DNA from: Candidatus Methanomethylicia archaeon
GTDB lineage: Archaea > Thermoproteota > Methanomethylicia > CALHIW01
Direction of reading: 5' to 3'
Assembly (NCBI GenBank): GCA_038845975.1
Contig: JAWBQF010000010.1
Coordinates: 12,522-76,521, forward strand
Length of the DNA: 64,000 nucleotides
Shown piece by piece: positions 63,675 through 64,000 of the stretch; within the stretch, counting starts at the first letter, position 1; each line of letters begins with the position of its first letter. The notes beneath the pieces are model-generated. The model was given only the letters and a program-made list of their open reading frames with translations. It did no database searches and had not been told where the DNA came from. The position numbers were made by a program, and so were the translations under genes.

Positions 63675-64000
63675 TTAGAGATAGCCCTTTAACTTAGTAT
63701 GGAGTAGTTGATAACTAAATTCAAGATAGCGTTAAACAATGGCTTTTCTCATTCAATTTCTATAGCACTTACCTAATACTACAGTGTGAAATACTTAAAT
63801 TCTTCATTAGTGATTCAACATGTATTAGATTCTACTTATTCTTTATTCATAGCTGGAATGACCGTTTTCTATGATTACTATTTCATCATTATGGCTACTA
63901 TGGAGTTTATGGTTTGCTTGATTTCTCTATTTTTATAAAAATTTGTTAAATTACTCCTAGTAGTTTTAGTAGGTCTTCTAGTATTGCTGATATGTTGTTT

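Noticed and set aside
1-64000. CRISPR array, rRNA, or provirus/integrase at the tRNA
   Set aside because: No regularly spaced repeats, no long GC-rich RNA gene, and no integrase or duplicated tRNA 3' end seen

Overview
AT-rich archaeal chromosome segment. The gene content (CDC48, Hsp20, topoisomerase IA, TrmB, sulfide-dependent Thi4, ribose-1,5-bisphosphate isomerase, MfnD/MfnF, C/D-box sRNAs, an intron-containing tRNA) fits a Thermoproteota-type anaerobe; the lineage is an inference. About 50 housekeeping, metabolic and transport genes are separated by unusually long intergenic spaces, many holding decayed IS6-family transposons from two TIR families and their 50-300 bp miniature derivatives, several with 8-bp target-site duplications. 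Most notable: (1) a tRNA with an Arg-type class I body but a Leu (CAG) anticodon and a poorly formed BHB intron; (2) a DUF35-HMG-CoA synthase fusion paired with a thiolase homolog that has lost all three catalytic motifs; (3) a recurring G/T-rich to A/C-rich mirror composition across decayed elements; (4) 50-bp TIR-only mobile elements; (5) three C/D-box sRNAs, one complementary to the 16S anti-Shine-Dalgarno end and one to the 23S peptidyl-transferase centre; (6) a 63-nt perfect internal duplication in cdc48. No CRISPR array or rRNA gene was seen. All calls come from reading motifs by eye; no searches were run.
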